Source: Thermoanaerobaculaceae bacterium (lineage in GTDB: Bacteria; Acidobacteriota; Thermoanaerobaculia; Multivoradales; UBA5704). From it: DNA of 64,000 nt. A program made the position numbers and the translations under genes. The notes under the pieces were generated by a model, which saw nothing but the letters and a program-made list of their open reading frames with translations, was not told where the DNA came from and did no database searches. Positions within the stretch are counted from its first letter, which is position 1. Every line of letters starts with the position of its first letter. Where the stretch lies: NCBI GenBank assembly GCA_963717295.1, contig OY970330.1, positions 2,248,538 through 2,312,537 of the forward strand, read 5' to 3'. Below are positions 19,750 through 28,347 of this stretch, piece by piece.

Positions 19750-22700
19750 CTACAACTTCGCCGAAGCCGCTTTCCTCTGGAGCTGAAGGACGTACCCGTC
19801 CGGATCCACGACGACCCGCTCGGGCTCGAAGGCGCAGCGGATGCGGACTTCTTTCGACTCTCCCGCTCCCAGCACGATCGTGGCGCGGGCTTGACGGAAG
19901 GCGGGATCGGGCGCTCCCTTCTCGTCGAAGCGGTAGCCGCGCCGGGCCTCGACCTCGACGGGCATGCGGCCGGTGCCGGCGTTCTCGACTTTGACGACGG
20001 CTTCCCACTCCCCTGTCCCCACCGGCCGCTTGCGGAGATTGTCCAGGTGGTACTCGGGGATCACTTTCTCGTAGAACCACTGCTGGACGAAGGCGTCGAA
20101 GGCCGGTTTGTCGTCCGCATAGGGGCGCATGAAGGCCGCGAAGTCCTCAAGTACGGGATGGTCCGGGCTCTTGTGGTAGGTGATGATGAAGCTCCGGGCA
20201 CCGGCGAGGAAGCGGTCCCGGCCCATCTGGTGCATCATCATCCACAGCACCCAGCCGCCCTTGTCGTAGACCACGGTCTCGTCGCCGGGACGGCCGGTGG
20301 TGCTCAGGGTCTCGGCGAGGGCCAGCTCGGTCGACGGCTGGCGCCTTTCGCCGTAGTTGGCCTCCATCTGCGTGGCGAAGCGCATGCGCGGCTGGAAGCC
20401 CCGGATCTGCTCCAGGAGCATGAGGGTCGAGAAGTTGGCCGCGCCCTCGGCGAGCACGATGCCGCCCGGTCCCTCGCCCCCCGCCAGGATGTGCCCCCAC
20501 CACTGGTGGGCGGACTCGTGGGCGGCGATGGCGAAGGCGGGATCGGACTGCGGGGTGCGCAGGGAGAGGAAGCCCGCGCCCTCGGAGAAGAAGATGTTGG
20601 TGGCGTTGCCGCGGGCGTAGGAGGCGAGCGAGGAAAACTCGTTGAGCCGCAGCTCGCGCCAAGGGTACGGTCCGAACCACTCGGCGTAGTAGCGGCGGGC
20701 GCCGTTGAGGGCGTCGAGCAGGCTCTGCACGTTCCACGGATGGCCGGGATAGTAGAAGACGGCGGTGCCGGGGCCCCGCTTCACCGCCCAGCCACGGCCG
20801 GCGGCGACGTTGAACACCCGTAGCGGGTAGTCGCTCTCCCAGGTCACGGTGCGGCGGCCGCCGTTCACCGTCTCACTCGTGAGGACGCCGGTGGAGTTCA
20901 CCGTGTACTCAGGCGGCGCGGTGATGCGGATCTTCTGGGTGAAGGCGGAGCGGTCGAGGTCCGCGTCGGTGATCCCCTCGTAGAACTTCGGCGGGTAGAT
21001 GCGCGGCTCGTAGCGGTTCTTCTCGTCCACGCCGATGCGCTCGACGTAGCCCATCACGGGCACGAAGTCGGGGTTGCGGCCGGTGAGGATGATGCCGCTC
21101 GGGAGGATGAACTCGCCCAGGGGCACGTTGCCGCCGTTCTTCGAGACTCCGGCCAGCATCGTGCCCCGATACCGGAATCCCAGCCTCAACCCGGCGCCGG
21201 GCGTCATCGGCTGCGGCAGGCGAAACACATAGAGGCCGTCCCGGTTTTCGGGCTTCCAGGGGCGGCCGTTCAGGGTCCAGGCGAGCCCCTTCCAGGAGGT
21301 GCCGCCGGAGACGGCGAACCAGTTGAGATCCTTCTCCTTGCGGTTCTGAAGGTCGTAGGCGCCGTTGACCTTGAAGGCGCGGTCCGCCGGCTGGAAGTCC
21401 AGATCCATGTCGACGTGGGTGACGTAGGGCTGGGGCTGGTTGAGCCAGGTGACGTGGTTCTTCCGCCAATAATCCTTGTGCTTCTCTTCGACGGCGCCGC
21501 CCTGGAAGCCGCGGTTCACCTGGCCCCAGAGCGCGAGGCCCAGACTTAAGGGGACGATGGCGAGTCCCGCGGCGATCCACAGGGTACGGCGGCGCTCGGC
21601 GGGCGGCAGCACCGGGCTCAGGGGGTCGCGTTCCCGCCGGGGGAAGAAGCGCACTGCCGCCCAGGCGAAGGGCACGGCAAGCGCCAGGACCATCAGGCGG
21701 TTGAGGACGAGGGCCGTGCCGTCGAGCTCGAACGTCCCCAGATCGCTCCAGGTGATCGGCGATCCCCCTTCCCCGCCGCCGATCAAAGGCCAGTTCCCCA
21801 CCCAATTCATGTGATTGGTGGTGAAGGCGAAGACGGTGAGGACGAGAGCGCCCAGGCCGATGCCGTAGGTGGCGTAGCGGCTGCGGGTCGCCACCAGCAC
21901 CGCCCCGATGAAGGCGCACCAAACGACGAGGGTGGGCGGCAGCAGGAGGCCCCAGACGAGGAGGAAGGGCTTCAGGGCCATGCCGACCCCGCCCTCGCGG
22001 GCGATGGAGAGGGCCGCCGTCACCACGCCCGCCGCCACGGCCACCAGCCCGACGACGCCGAGAGCCAGCGCCTTGCCGGTCACCAGCGAGCCGGTGGGTA
22101 CCGGCGTGGCATAGAACACGGGGCCGATGCCGGTCGTGCGCTCCCGTTCCAGGGATTCGACGGTATAGAAGAGGAAGAGGAGGCTCAGCCAGGTGGTGAG
22201 GGCGACGAGGCCGTCCACGGCGGCCGTGCCCGGAGTCAGCAGCACGCCGTCGTACTGCTGGTCATAGCCTCCGGTGTACAGGATGTACATGAAGAACAGG
22301 ATTGCGGGCACGAAGATGTAGAGGCCGGGTTGGGAGCGTAGCTCAGCGAGCTCGAACCGGGCGACGGCCAGGGTTCCCTGGAGGAAGCCGGGGGGCCGGG
22401 AGGTCATTCTCAGGGAGGTGATGGGTGAGGCCGGCCGCAGGGTCGAGGCGGCGGTGGACATCGCGGACATTGCCGGCACGCGCTGCGCCTTGGCGCGGCG
22501 CAGGCCGCCCGTGAAGTGGCGGCGCGAGAGGTCGACGAACAGCAGTCCCATCAGCACGAATCCGGCCCGACTCAGCAGGAAGGGCACGTCGAAGGTCACC
22601 GGGCGCGTGTTGTAGAAGGCCAGCCCGCGGTCGACGAACAGCCAGCTCTCCTTGAGCCAGCGGAAACCCGAAGGGTCGAGCAGGCGCAACGCCGCCGAGA

Positions 22701-23400
22701 CCGAGGGGTCCAGGGTCGGCGGGTACCAGCGCCAGAAGAAGTTGTTGTAGAAGAGGAAGAGGATGATGGGCAGCAGGAAGATGACGATCGGCTTGCCCGT
22801 GAACCGCCCGAGCGCGAAGGCCGCTCCCGCCGTGAAGACGATCGCCGGCACCAGGAAGACGAGAACCGGCCGCAGGTAGCTGACGAGGTGGAACGGACCG
22901 TAGAAGTCCGGGTGGGCCGGGTCCGGCAGGAAGTGGCTGAAGATGCCGGTGGTGACCGGCAGCACGGCGACGGCGGAGAGAGACGCCAGCAGGGCCGCCA
23001 GGAACTTGCCCCATACGTACTCGCCCGGCCGCAGGGGAGTCGAGTGCAGCAGCGGCCCCACCTTCAGCTCCTCGTCGCGCACCAGCGGCGTGCCGGTGCC
23101 CACCGCCACGAAGAAGGCGATGAGGAAGAAGCCGATCAGGCCGTAGACGTAGGTGATCTGGAACTCGGAGTCGACCCAGGCCTTGGTGCCGCCGAGCGAG
23201 GTGTCGATCGAGCGGAAGAACCAGTTGCCGCGCGACATCAGCCAGCCGTTCCAGGCCATCAGCGCGGCCCAGATGAGAAATAGCGGGCGGCCGAAGCTCT
23301 CCTTGAGATCGAGGCCGGCCACCAGGGCCAGGCGGCGCAGGCTGAAGCCTTCCTCGTGGACGGAGTGGCGGGCGTGTACGGCGGACAGCGAGTGATCCAT
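19750..23400 (-). CDS. ABC-2 permease / M1 aminopeptidase fusion
   Basis: Two multi-TM permease halves followed by HESAHQWW..LAEG..YDKG gluzincin motifs. Confidence 0.9.
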   Translation of the reverse strand: MDHSLSAVHARHSVHEEGFSLRRLALVAGLDLKESFGRPLFLIWAALMAWNGWLMSRGNWFFRSIDTSLGGTKAWVDSEFQITYVYGLIGFFLIAFFVAVGTGTPLVRDEELKVGPLLHSTPLRPGEYVWGKFLAALLASLSAVAVLPVTTGIFSHFLPDPAHPDFYGPFHLVSYLRPVLVFLVPAIVFTAGAAFALGRFTGKPIVIFLLPIILFLFYNNFFWRWYPPTLDPSVSAALRLLDPSGFRWLKESWLFVDRGLAFYNTRPVTFDVPFLLSRAGFVLMGLLFVDLSRRHFTGGLRRAKAQRVPAMSAMSTAASTLRPASPITSLRMTSRPPGFLQGTLAVARFELAELRSQPGLYIFVPAILFFMYILYTGGYDQQYDGVLLTPGTAAVDGLVALTTWLSLLFLFYTVESLERERTTGIGPVFYATPVPTGSLVTGKALALGVVGLVAVAAGVVTAALSIAREGGVGMALKPFLLVWGLLLPPTLVVWCAFIGAVLVATRSRYATYGIGLGALVLTVFAFTTNHMNWVGNWPLIGGGEGGSPITWSDLGTFELDGTALVLNRLMVLALAVPFAWAAVRFFPRRERDPLSPVLPPAERRRTLWIAAGLAIVPLSLGLALWGQVNRGFQGGAVEEKHKDYWRKNHVTWLNQPQPYVTHVDMDLDFQPADRAFKVNGAYDLQNRKEKDLNWFAVSGGTSWKGLAWTLNGRPWKPENRDGLYVFRLPQPMTPGAGLRLGFRYRGTMLAGVSKNGGNVPLGEFILPSGIILTGRNPDFVPVMGYVERIGVDEKNRYEPRIYPPKFYEGITDADLDRSAFTQKIRITAPPEYTVNSTGVLTSETVNGGRRTVTWESDYPLRVFNVAAGRGWAVKRGPGTAVFYYPGHPWNVQSLLDALNGARRYYAEWFGPYPWRELRLNEFSSLASYARGNATNIFFSEGAGFLSLRTPQSDPAFAIAAHESAHQWWGHILAGGEGPGGIVLAEGAANFSTLMLLEQIRGFQPRMRFATQMEANYGERRQPSTELALAETLSTTGRPGDETVVYDKGGWVLWMMMHQMGRDRFLAGARSFIITYHKSPDHPVLEDFAAFMRPYADDKPAFDAFVQQWFYEKVIPEYHLDNLRKRPVGTGEWEAVVKVENAGTGRMPVEVEARRGYRFDEKGAPDPAFRQARATIVLGAGESKEVRIRCAFEPERVVVDPDGYVLQLQRKAASAKL

Positions 23401-23446
23401 GATGCTCCTCCCCGTCAAACTCCTACGGTAGTTCGGGGGTGGGGTT

Positions 23447-25567
23447 TCAGCGCAAACGGATCGCCACGAAGGTCATGTCGTCCTTCGGCGGCTGGTCCCC
23501 GCCCCAGGAGTCGGCCGCCCGGGTCAGGCCGGCGATCAGCTCGGCGGGCGAGTGATGGCCCAGCTCCGCGAGGAGCGCACGGACCCGCGGATAGCCCAGC
23601 GGCTCGCCCTCGGCGTCCGCGAGCTCGGGAAGGCCGTCGGTCATCAGCAGAATGGTGTCCCCGGGCTCGACCTCCAGCCGCCGCTCCTCGTAGTCGAAGG
23701 CGAAGCCGCCCAGGGGCATGCCGGCGAGGGCCACTTCCTCGACCTTCGCGTTCGCCCTTCGATAGACGAGCACAGGCGGCATGCCGGCCGAGGAGACGGT
23801 CAGCTCGCGGCCCTGGAGATGCATCACGCTCAAGCCCATGGCCATGCGATCTAGGGCCATGCGCTTGATGGCGCGGGCGGCTTCGGAGAGGAAGTCCCGG
23901 GGACCCGAGGCTCCCGCGTCGGCCGAGAACAGGCTCTTGACGGCGGTGACCATGGTGCCGGCCCGCGCGCCGTGGCCGGTGGCGTCGCCGATGGTGGCGG
24001 TCAGCGCGCCATCGTCAGCCAGCACGAAGTCATAGTAGTCCCCTCCCACCTCGGTCGCCGTGCGCATCGAGACGGCGATCTCGAAGCCGGGGTGCTCCGG
24101 CAGCGTCCGCGGCAGGAGCGAGAGCTGAAAACGCCGGGCCTCCTCCAGGTCGCGGCTCTTGCGGTCGTACTCGGTCTGCAACAGGGCCTGCTCGATCTCC
24201 TGCTCCTTGCGCAGCCGTTCCCCTTCCAGCAGTTGCTGCTGGTGCTGCTTCAGGTCGGCCGCCATGCGGTTGAAGGCCAGGGCGAGCTTGCCGAACTCGT
24301 TTTTCGAACGCACGGGCACCTGGGTTTCCAGATCGCCGTGGGCGATGCGGTCCGCGCCCTCGGTGACGAGGTGCAGGTTGCGGGTCATGCGGGTCGAGAG
24401 CGGCAGGATGCCGAAGAGAGCGAGGGCGGTGAGCCCCAGGCCATAGCCGAAGTTGCGGGCCGCCGTCTGCTTCACCTCTTCGAGCGGTACCGGCCGAGCG
24501 ATGCCGAAGACGAGGCCGGTATCCGGATCTTTCGAGGAGGCCACGACCCAGTCGTCGAGAATCCAGCGCACGGAGTTGGCGCTGGCGTGCACGGCATGCA
24601 TCAGGGCGGGCAGGCCTTCGAGGCGCTTGCGGTCGCCGTCGTTGGCGGTGTGGAGGCCGCCCTGGCGGTCCACGGCGAAGGCGATCTCTCCCGCGCCGCC
24701 GTTCGTCCGCGCCAGGACGCGCCGCAGCACCTCCTCGCTCTTCACCTGCGCCTTGAGCTTGCCCACGACCTCGCCGTGCTCCACCACCGGCACCTCGAAG
24801 TCGTGGCCGAAGGCCAGACGCCGGCTGGCGGCCCGGGCCTCGCGCTGCCGGGTCGCCTGCTGGCGCTGCTCGGCCTGCACCTTGAGCTGCTCCGTCACCT
24901 GTTTCCGGATTTCGGTTTCCAGGCGCCGGGCGTCCGGAACACCGGGAACGCCCGAAAGGCCTGGAACGCTCGGCACGTCGACCGGCGTTTCCGTCCCCTG
25001 CTTCGAGATCTCTTTCAAGGCCTTGCCGATGGCCGCCACCGCTCTCGGGTCATCCCTTGAGCTCGCCTCGAGCTCCCTCCCGATGCCGCGCAGGACCGCC
25101 GTGACGTCGATCACCATGGGATGAGCGGGCTCGACGTAGTGCGGTACCTCGCCGGGCGCCGGTCCGGGGACTGCCGGGGGAACCGGAGGAATGGGAGTCG
25201 CCGGAGGCGCGGGAGGCATGGCTCCCGCCGGACGGGCCCTGGGCACGAACTCCAGGGTGTCGAGGAGCGGAGCGGCCTCGCCGAAGCCCATGACCATGCG
25301 GTTGAGCGCCGCGTCGGGCTTCCCTTCCCTCGCCGCCTGAACAACGACCTGGAGGGGAACGTCCCCCATGCGCTCGACGCCCCGCCCGAGCTCGCTCTTG
25401 ATGGCGGCCAGCCGGCCGTCCATCTCGCGCTTGAGCGTCCCGGCCTCGGCCTCCGTCGCCCGTCGCACCGCGCGCAGGGACGAGTAGTAGGAGTAGAGAA
25501 CGATCCCCGCCAGCGGCACCACCGCGAGGAGCAGGAAGGCGAGGATGAGCTGTGTGCGGATTTTCAT
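23447..25567 (-). CDS. Membrane SpoIIE/PP2C phosphatase with HAMP domain
   Basis: VGGDYYD, IGDATGHG, MTDGL and DDMT motifs; HAMP DLETQVP..EFGKLA.AFNRM. Confidence 0.92.
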   Translation of the reverse strand: MKIRTQLILAFLLLAVVPLAGIVLYSYYSSLRAVRRATEAEAGTLKREMDGRLAAIKSELGRGVERMGDVPLQVVVQAAREGKPDAALNRMVMGFGEAAPLLDTLEFVPRARPAGAMPPAPPATPIPPVPPAVPGPAPGEVPHYVEPAHPMVIDVTAVLRGIGRELEASSRDDPRAVAAIGKALKEISKQGTETPVDVPSVPGLSGVPGVPDARRLETEIRKQVTEQLKVQAEQRQQATRQREARAASRRLAFGHDFEVPVVEHGEVVGKLKAQVKSEEVLRRVLARTNGGAGEIAFAVDRQGGLHTANDGDRKRLEGLPALMHAVHASANSVRWILDDWVVASSKDPDTGLVFGIARPVPLEEVKQTAARNFGYGLGLTALALFGILPLSTRMTRNLHLVTEGADRIAHGDLETQVPVRSKNEFGKLALAFNRMAADLKQHQQQLLEGERLRKEQEIEQALLQTEYDRKSRDLEEARRFQLSLLPRTLPEHPGFEIAVSMRTATEVGGDYYDFVLADDGALTATIGDATGHGARAGTMVTAVKSLFSADAGASGPRDFLSEAARAIKRMALDRMAMGLSVMHLQGRELTVSSAGMPPVLVYRRANAKVEEVALAGMPLGGFAFDYEERRLEVEPGDTILLMTDGLPELADAEGEPLGYPRVRALLAELGHHSPAELIAGLTRAADSWGGDQPPKDDMTFVAIRLR

Positions 25568-25799
25568 CACTACAGATACGTGGGACGGGGGTGGAGGTTC
25601 TGGGGGGTGATTGATCGGCCCGGCTGGAGCGGCCCAGAGTCGCCAACGCCCCTTCCGGGCGGACCTCTCACTCCCCCAACCTCTCTCCCATCGCCGGCTG
25701 ATTTCAATCCCGAGCGAAGCTCCTCGTCCACCGCGCTGTCACGGAAGGCCTGGAGGATCTCGGCCAAGCCCGCCAGCAAGGGGGGAGACCCTCACCCTC

Positions 25800-26183
25800 T
25801 CAAGGCTTTGTGGGTTTCGGCAGGTAAATTACACCTGGAAGATCTTTGAAGTCGTCGTCGCTGGAAACCACGATCACGTCGCGGAGCAAACCCGTGGCAT
25901 ACACCATGGCGTCAGCCATGGCCAACTTATATTCCAGGCTCAGATCGGCAGCTCGTAGTGCGATCGTATCCGTGAGGGCCACGATCTGTGTCTTTCTCAA
26001 CTGGGCGACCGCGATGAGGGCGTCCTCCTCTCCCCGCTCGCGTTTGACTCGCTTGTAGACCTCATACAGGACGATCATTGGAGTCAGGATCTGCCCAAGG
26101 TCTTTGAGGTGATCCGCATACTCCTCGGCCAGAGGACCATCCGTGAAGAACTCCAGCCAACCTGAGGAGTCAATGACCTTCAG
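25800..26183 (-). CDS. vapC: VapC-type PIN-domain toxin with CTG start
   Basis: In-frame LKVIDSSGWLEFF..YEV..LAMADAMVYATG..SSDDDF. The CTG overlaps the antitoxin TGA and there is an in-frame stop upstream. Confidence 0.85.
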   Translation of the reverse strand: MKVIDSSGWLEFFTDGPLAEEYADHLKDLGQILTPMIVLYEVYKRVKRERGEEDALIAVAQLRKTQIVALTDTIALRAADLSLEYKLAMADAMVYATGLLRDVIVVSSDDDFKDLPGVIYLPKPTKP

Positions 26184-26389
26184 ACACGATCCTTTTTTTC
26201 CCGAGCTCCCTCAATGTTCATTCCCTTGAGGAAACCACGAAGTGCTGCAAGAGGACGGTCTGGCACCAGTGTGATTACGCCGTTTCTGGCAAACACCTGC
26301 ACCTGCTGGCCGGTGACCAGCGGGACTTCGCGCCGGGCGTCCTCCGGAATCTCAACTTGGTAGTCCTTGGATACGGTCGCTTGGGCCAT
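26180..26389 (-). CDS. AbrB/MazE-family antitoxin (VapB-like)
   Basis: MAQATVSKDYQVEIPEDAR; overlaps the toxin start. Confidence 0.88.
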   Translation of the reverse strand: MAQATVSKDYQVEIPEDARREVPLVTGQQVQVFARNGVITLVPDRPLAALRGFLKGMNIEGAREKKDRV

Positions 26390-26456
26390 CAGACGTCTCC
26401 CTTAATCCTCCAAGATAGTACTACGCCCGCGTCTCGGGCCGGAGGTTTTGGGAGCC

Positions 26457-27101
26457 TCAGGCCTCATCCAGGATCGTCAGCTCGCCCGACATGGGCGTTC
26501 GCGCCACAGCGATGCGGCACTCCCGCCACAGCCGGTCGATGAGCTGGCCTGAAACGGGAAGCTCACGGCCTCGCCGATAGCCCTTCCGCTCTCCTTGCGG
26601 ACCGAAGAAGGCCCAGCCTTCGGCGCGGGACGGATCGTGCCGCAGCCAGTAGACGAGCCCACCGCAGCGAGACTGATGAAGCCTGGCGGCCCAGGCCTGG
26701 GGTAGCGCATAGGGAACGAGCGTGCCGATCTCGGCAGTGACGCCGAAGCCGCTGGCCTCGCGAGCGGTCAGGTCCGCGATCGAGAGCTCTCTGGGAACCG
26801 GCAATTCGCGGAGGCGCCGCTCCTGGAGGAACTCACGGGAGACGATCCACCGTTCCCGGTCGGCACCCAGAAGCTCCAGGAGGGCTGCCAGGGGATCGCT
26901 GGCCAGGTAGCAGGTGCCGTGTGGAGCCGGGAGGTCGAAGCGTCCTGCCATGGAGTTACCGAACCACCAAGGACCTTTCCCCTTGCGGACCACCCGGAAA
27001 AGAACCCTCTCGGGATCGAGCCAGCGAGAGGGAAACAGCCTCAGCTCGGCCGGATCGTCCGGCGGAGGGCCCAGGCTCGGGGTCTGCCGGTCCCGGCTCA
27101 C
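26457..27101 (-). CDS. RES-domain toxin (NAD+ phosphorylase family)
   Basis: GRFDLPAPHGTCYLA..AALLE..QAWA..GLVY..RHD motifs. Confidence 0.8.
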   Translation of the reverse strand: MSRDRQTPSLGPPPDDPAELRLFPSRWLDPERVLFRVVRKGKGPWWFGNSMAGRFDLPAPHGTCYLASDPLAALLELLGADRERWIVSREFLQERRLRELPVPRELSIADLTAREASGFGVTAEIGTLVPYALPQAWAARLHQSRCGGLVYWLRHDPSRAEGWAFFGPQGERKGYRRGRELPVSGQLIDRLWRECRIAVARTPMSGELTILDEA

Positions 27102-27632
27102 TTAGGCGAAACGCCGTGCGGCGTCGCGAGCGAGCCCCAGGAGGAGGTCCAAGTCGCCGCCGGAGCGCAGTGCCTGGACGACGGATTGCCCGCGCAGGTC
27201 CTTCGAGGGAGCCACCAGCCAGCCGGCGAGGGTCCAATCGTCCACCGCGCTGTCACGGAAGGCCTGGAGGATCTCGGCCAGGCCCGGCAGCACTTGGTTG
27301 CGGTCGTCGAACTGGAAGATCGGATACACCATCACGCCGTCGGCGGTCTTCAGCCCCAAAAGGGTACGCCGCTCCCTGCGGTCGGCGATGGCCTGCCGCG
27401 AGACGCCGCCAAGGATCTTCGCCACCTGTCCGGTGCCGTAGAACGGCCCCAGGAGATCGTCCCACCGCGATGGGCTGGGAACGATCTCCAACATGCGGCG
27501 GGCGAGGTCCCGGGGCGAACCGATCCCCTCCAGCGAGCGGCCGGGGGCGTCGAACGGCGAGAGCCGCTCCTCGAGCCCCTCCTTGACGTGCTGAGTGATC
27601 TCGTCGATGAGGGCATGGGCTTTCCGCGTCAT
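27102..27632 (-). CDS. Putative antitoxin (HTH plus Xre/MbcA-like C-terminus)
   Basis: GVSRQAIADR, YPIFQF and WLVAP..L.G.S motifs; directly upstream of the RES gene. Confidence 0.75.
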   Translation of the reverse strand: MTRKAHALIDEITQHVKEGLEERLSPFDAPGRSLEGIGSPRDLARRMLEIVPSPSRWDDLLGPFYGTGQVAKILGGVSRQAIADRRERRTLLGLKTADGVMVYPIFQFDDRNQVLPGLAEILQAFRDSAVDDWTLAGWLVAPSKDLRGQSVVQALRSGGDLDLLLGLARDAARRFA

Positions 27633-27689
27633 GATCAGACCCTACACCCGCTGGGCAGGCGCGTCAAGGGCGTCAAGGGGAAGTCCCCC

Positions 27690-28250
27690 TCACCCCAGAT
27701 GAAAGAACGCCCGCAGCTGCGCCAGCATCTCGTCGAGGTTGGCGCGGCGAAACTCGTTGCGATAGGCCTCTTCGAAGGCTTCGCCGACGGTCGTGCGTTC
27801 CTGCGGCGAGAGCTCGCCGAAGGGACGGCCGCCGTTGAGCTCCTGAAGGGCCTTCTCGGCCGGCGCGCTGCGGCCGGACCACCAGGTCTGGAGGCGCAGG
27901 GCCTCGTCGTAGAAGGCGTAGACGGGGATGCGCAGGTTGTCCTTGCGCCAGAGGAAGTGACGCATCAGCTCCTTGTGGGCGTCCCGCGGGAAGATCCGCA
28001 GCTCCCAGCCGGGCAGCTCCTTGACCATCCGCACCCAGGTGGGGAGCGTGTGGTAGACGTCGGGGCACCAGTCCTCGCCGATGGCGACCACCTTCAGGGG
28101 GGGCAGCGGCCGCAGCACCTCCACATCCTGCGGCGTGTGGATGGGATTGCGGAAGATCTCGTCGAGCACCTTGCCGTTGCGGCGGACGGTGCGCCGGTAG
28201 TTCTCGTAGAGCAGGCCCTGGTCCCAGACTTCGAGCGGTAGAGGATTCAT
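27690..28250 (-). CDS. Thioredoxin-family protein (WCPD)
   Basis: IGEDWCPD and RIP motifs. Confidence 0.8.
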   Translation of the reverse strand: MNPLPLEVWDQGLLYENYRRTVRRNGKVLDEIFRNPIHTPQDVEVLRPLPPLKVVAIGEDWCPDVYHTLPTWVRMVKELPGWELRIFPRDAHKELMRHFLWRKDNLRIPVYAFYDEALRLQTWWSGRSAPAEKALQELNGGRPFGELSPQERTTVGEAFEEAYRNEFRRANLDEMLAQLRAFFHLG

Positions 28251-28347
28251 CGTTGGAGGATAGCAGGTCCCCGGGCGTCACCGGCGGGTGTGGCGCGTGT
28301 GGTAGATTCTTCCGTAAGAGTCCTGTACACCTTTGAAGGAGGTCGCG

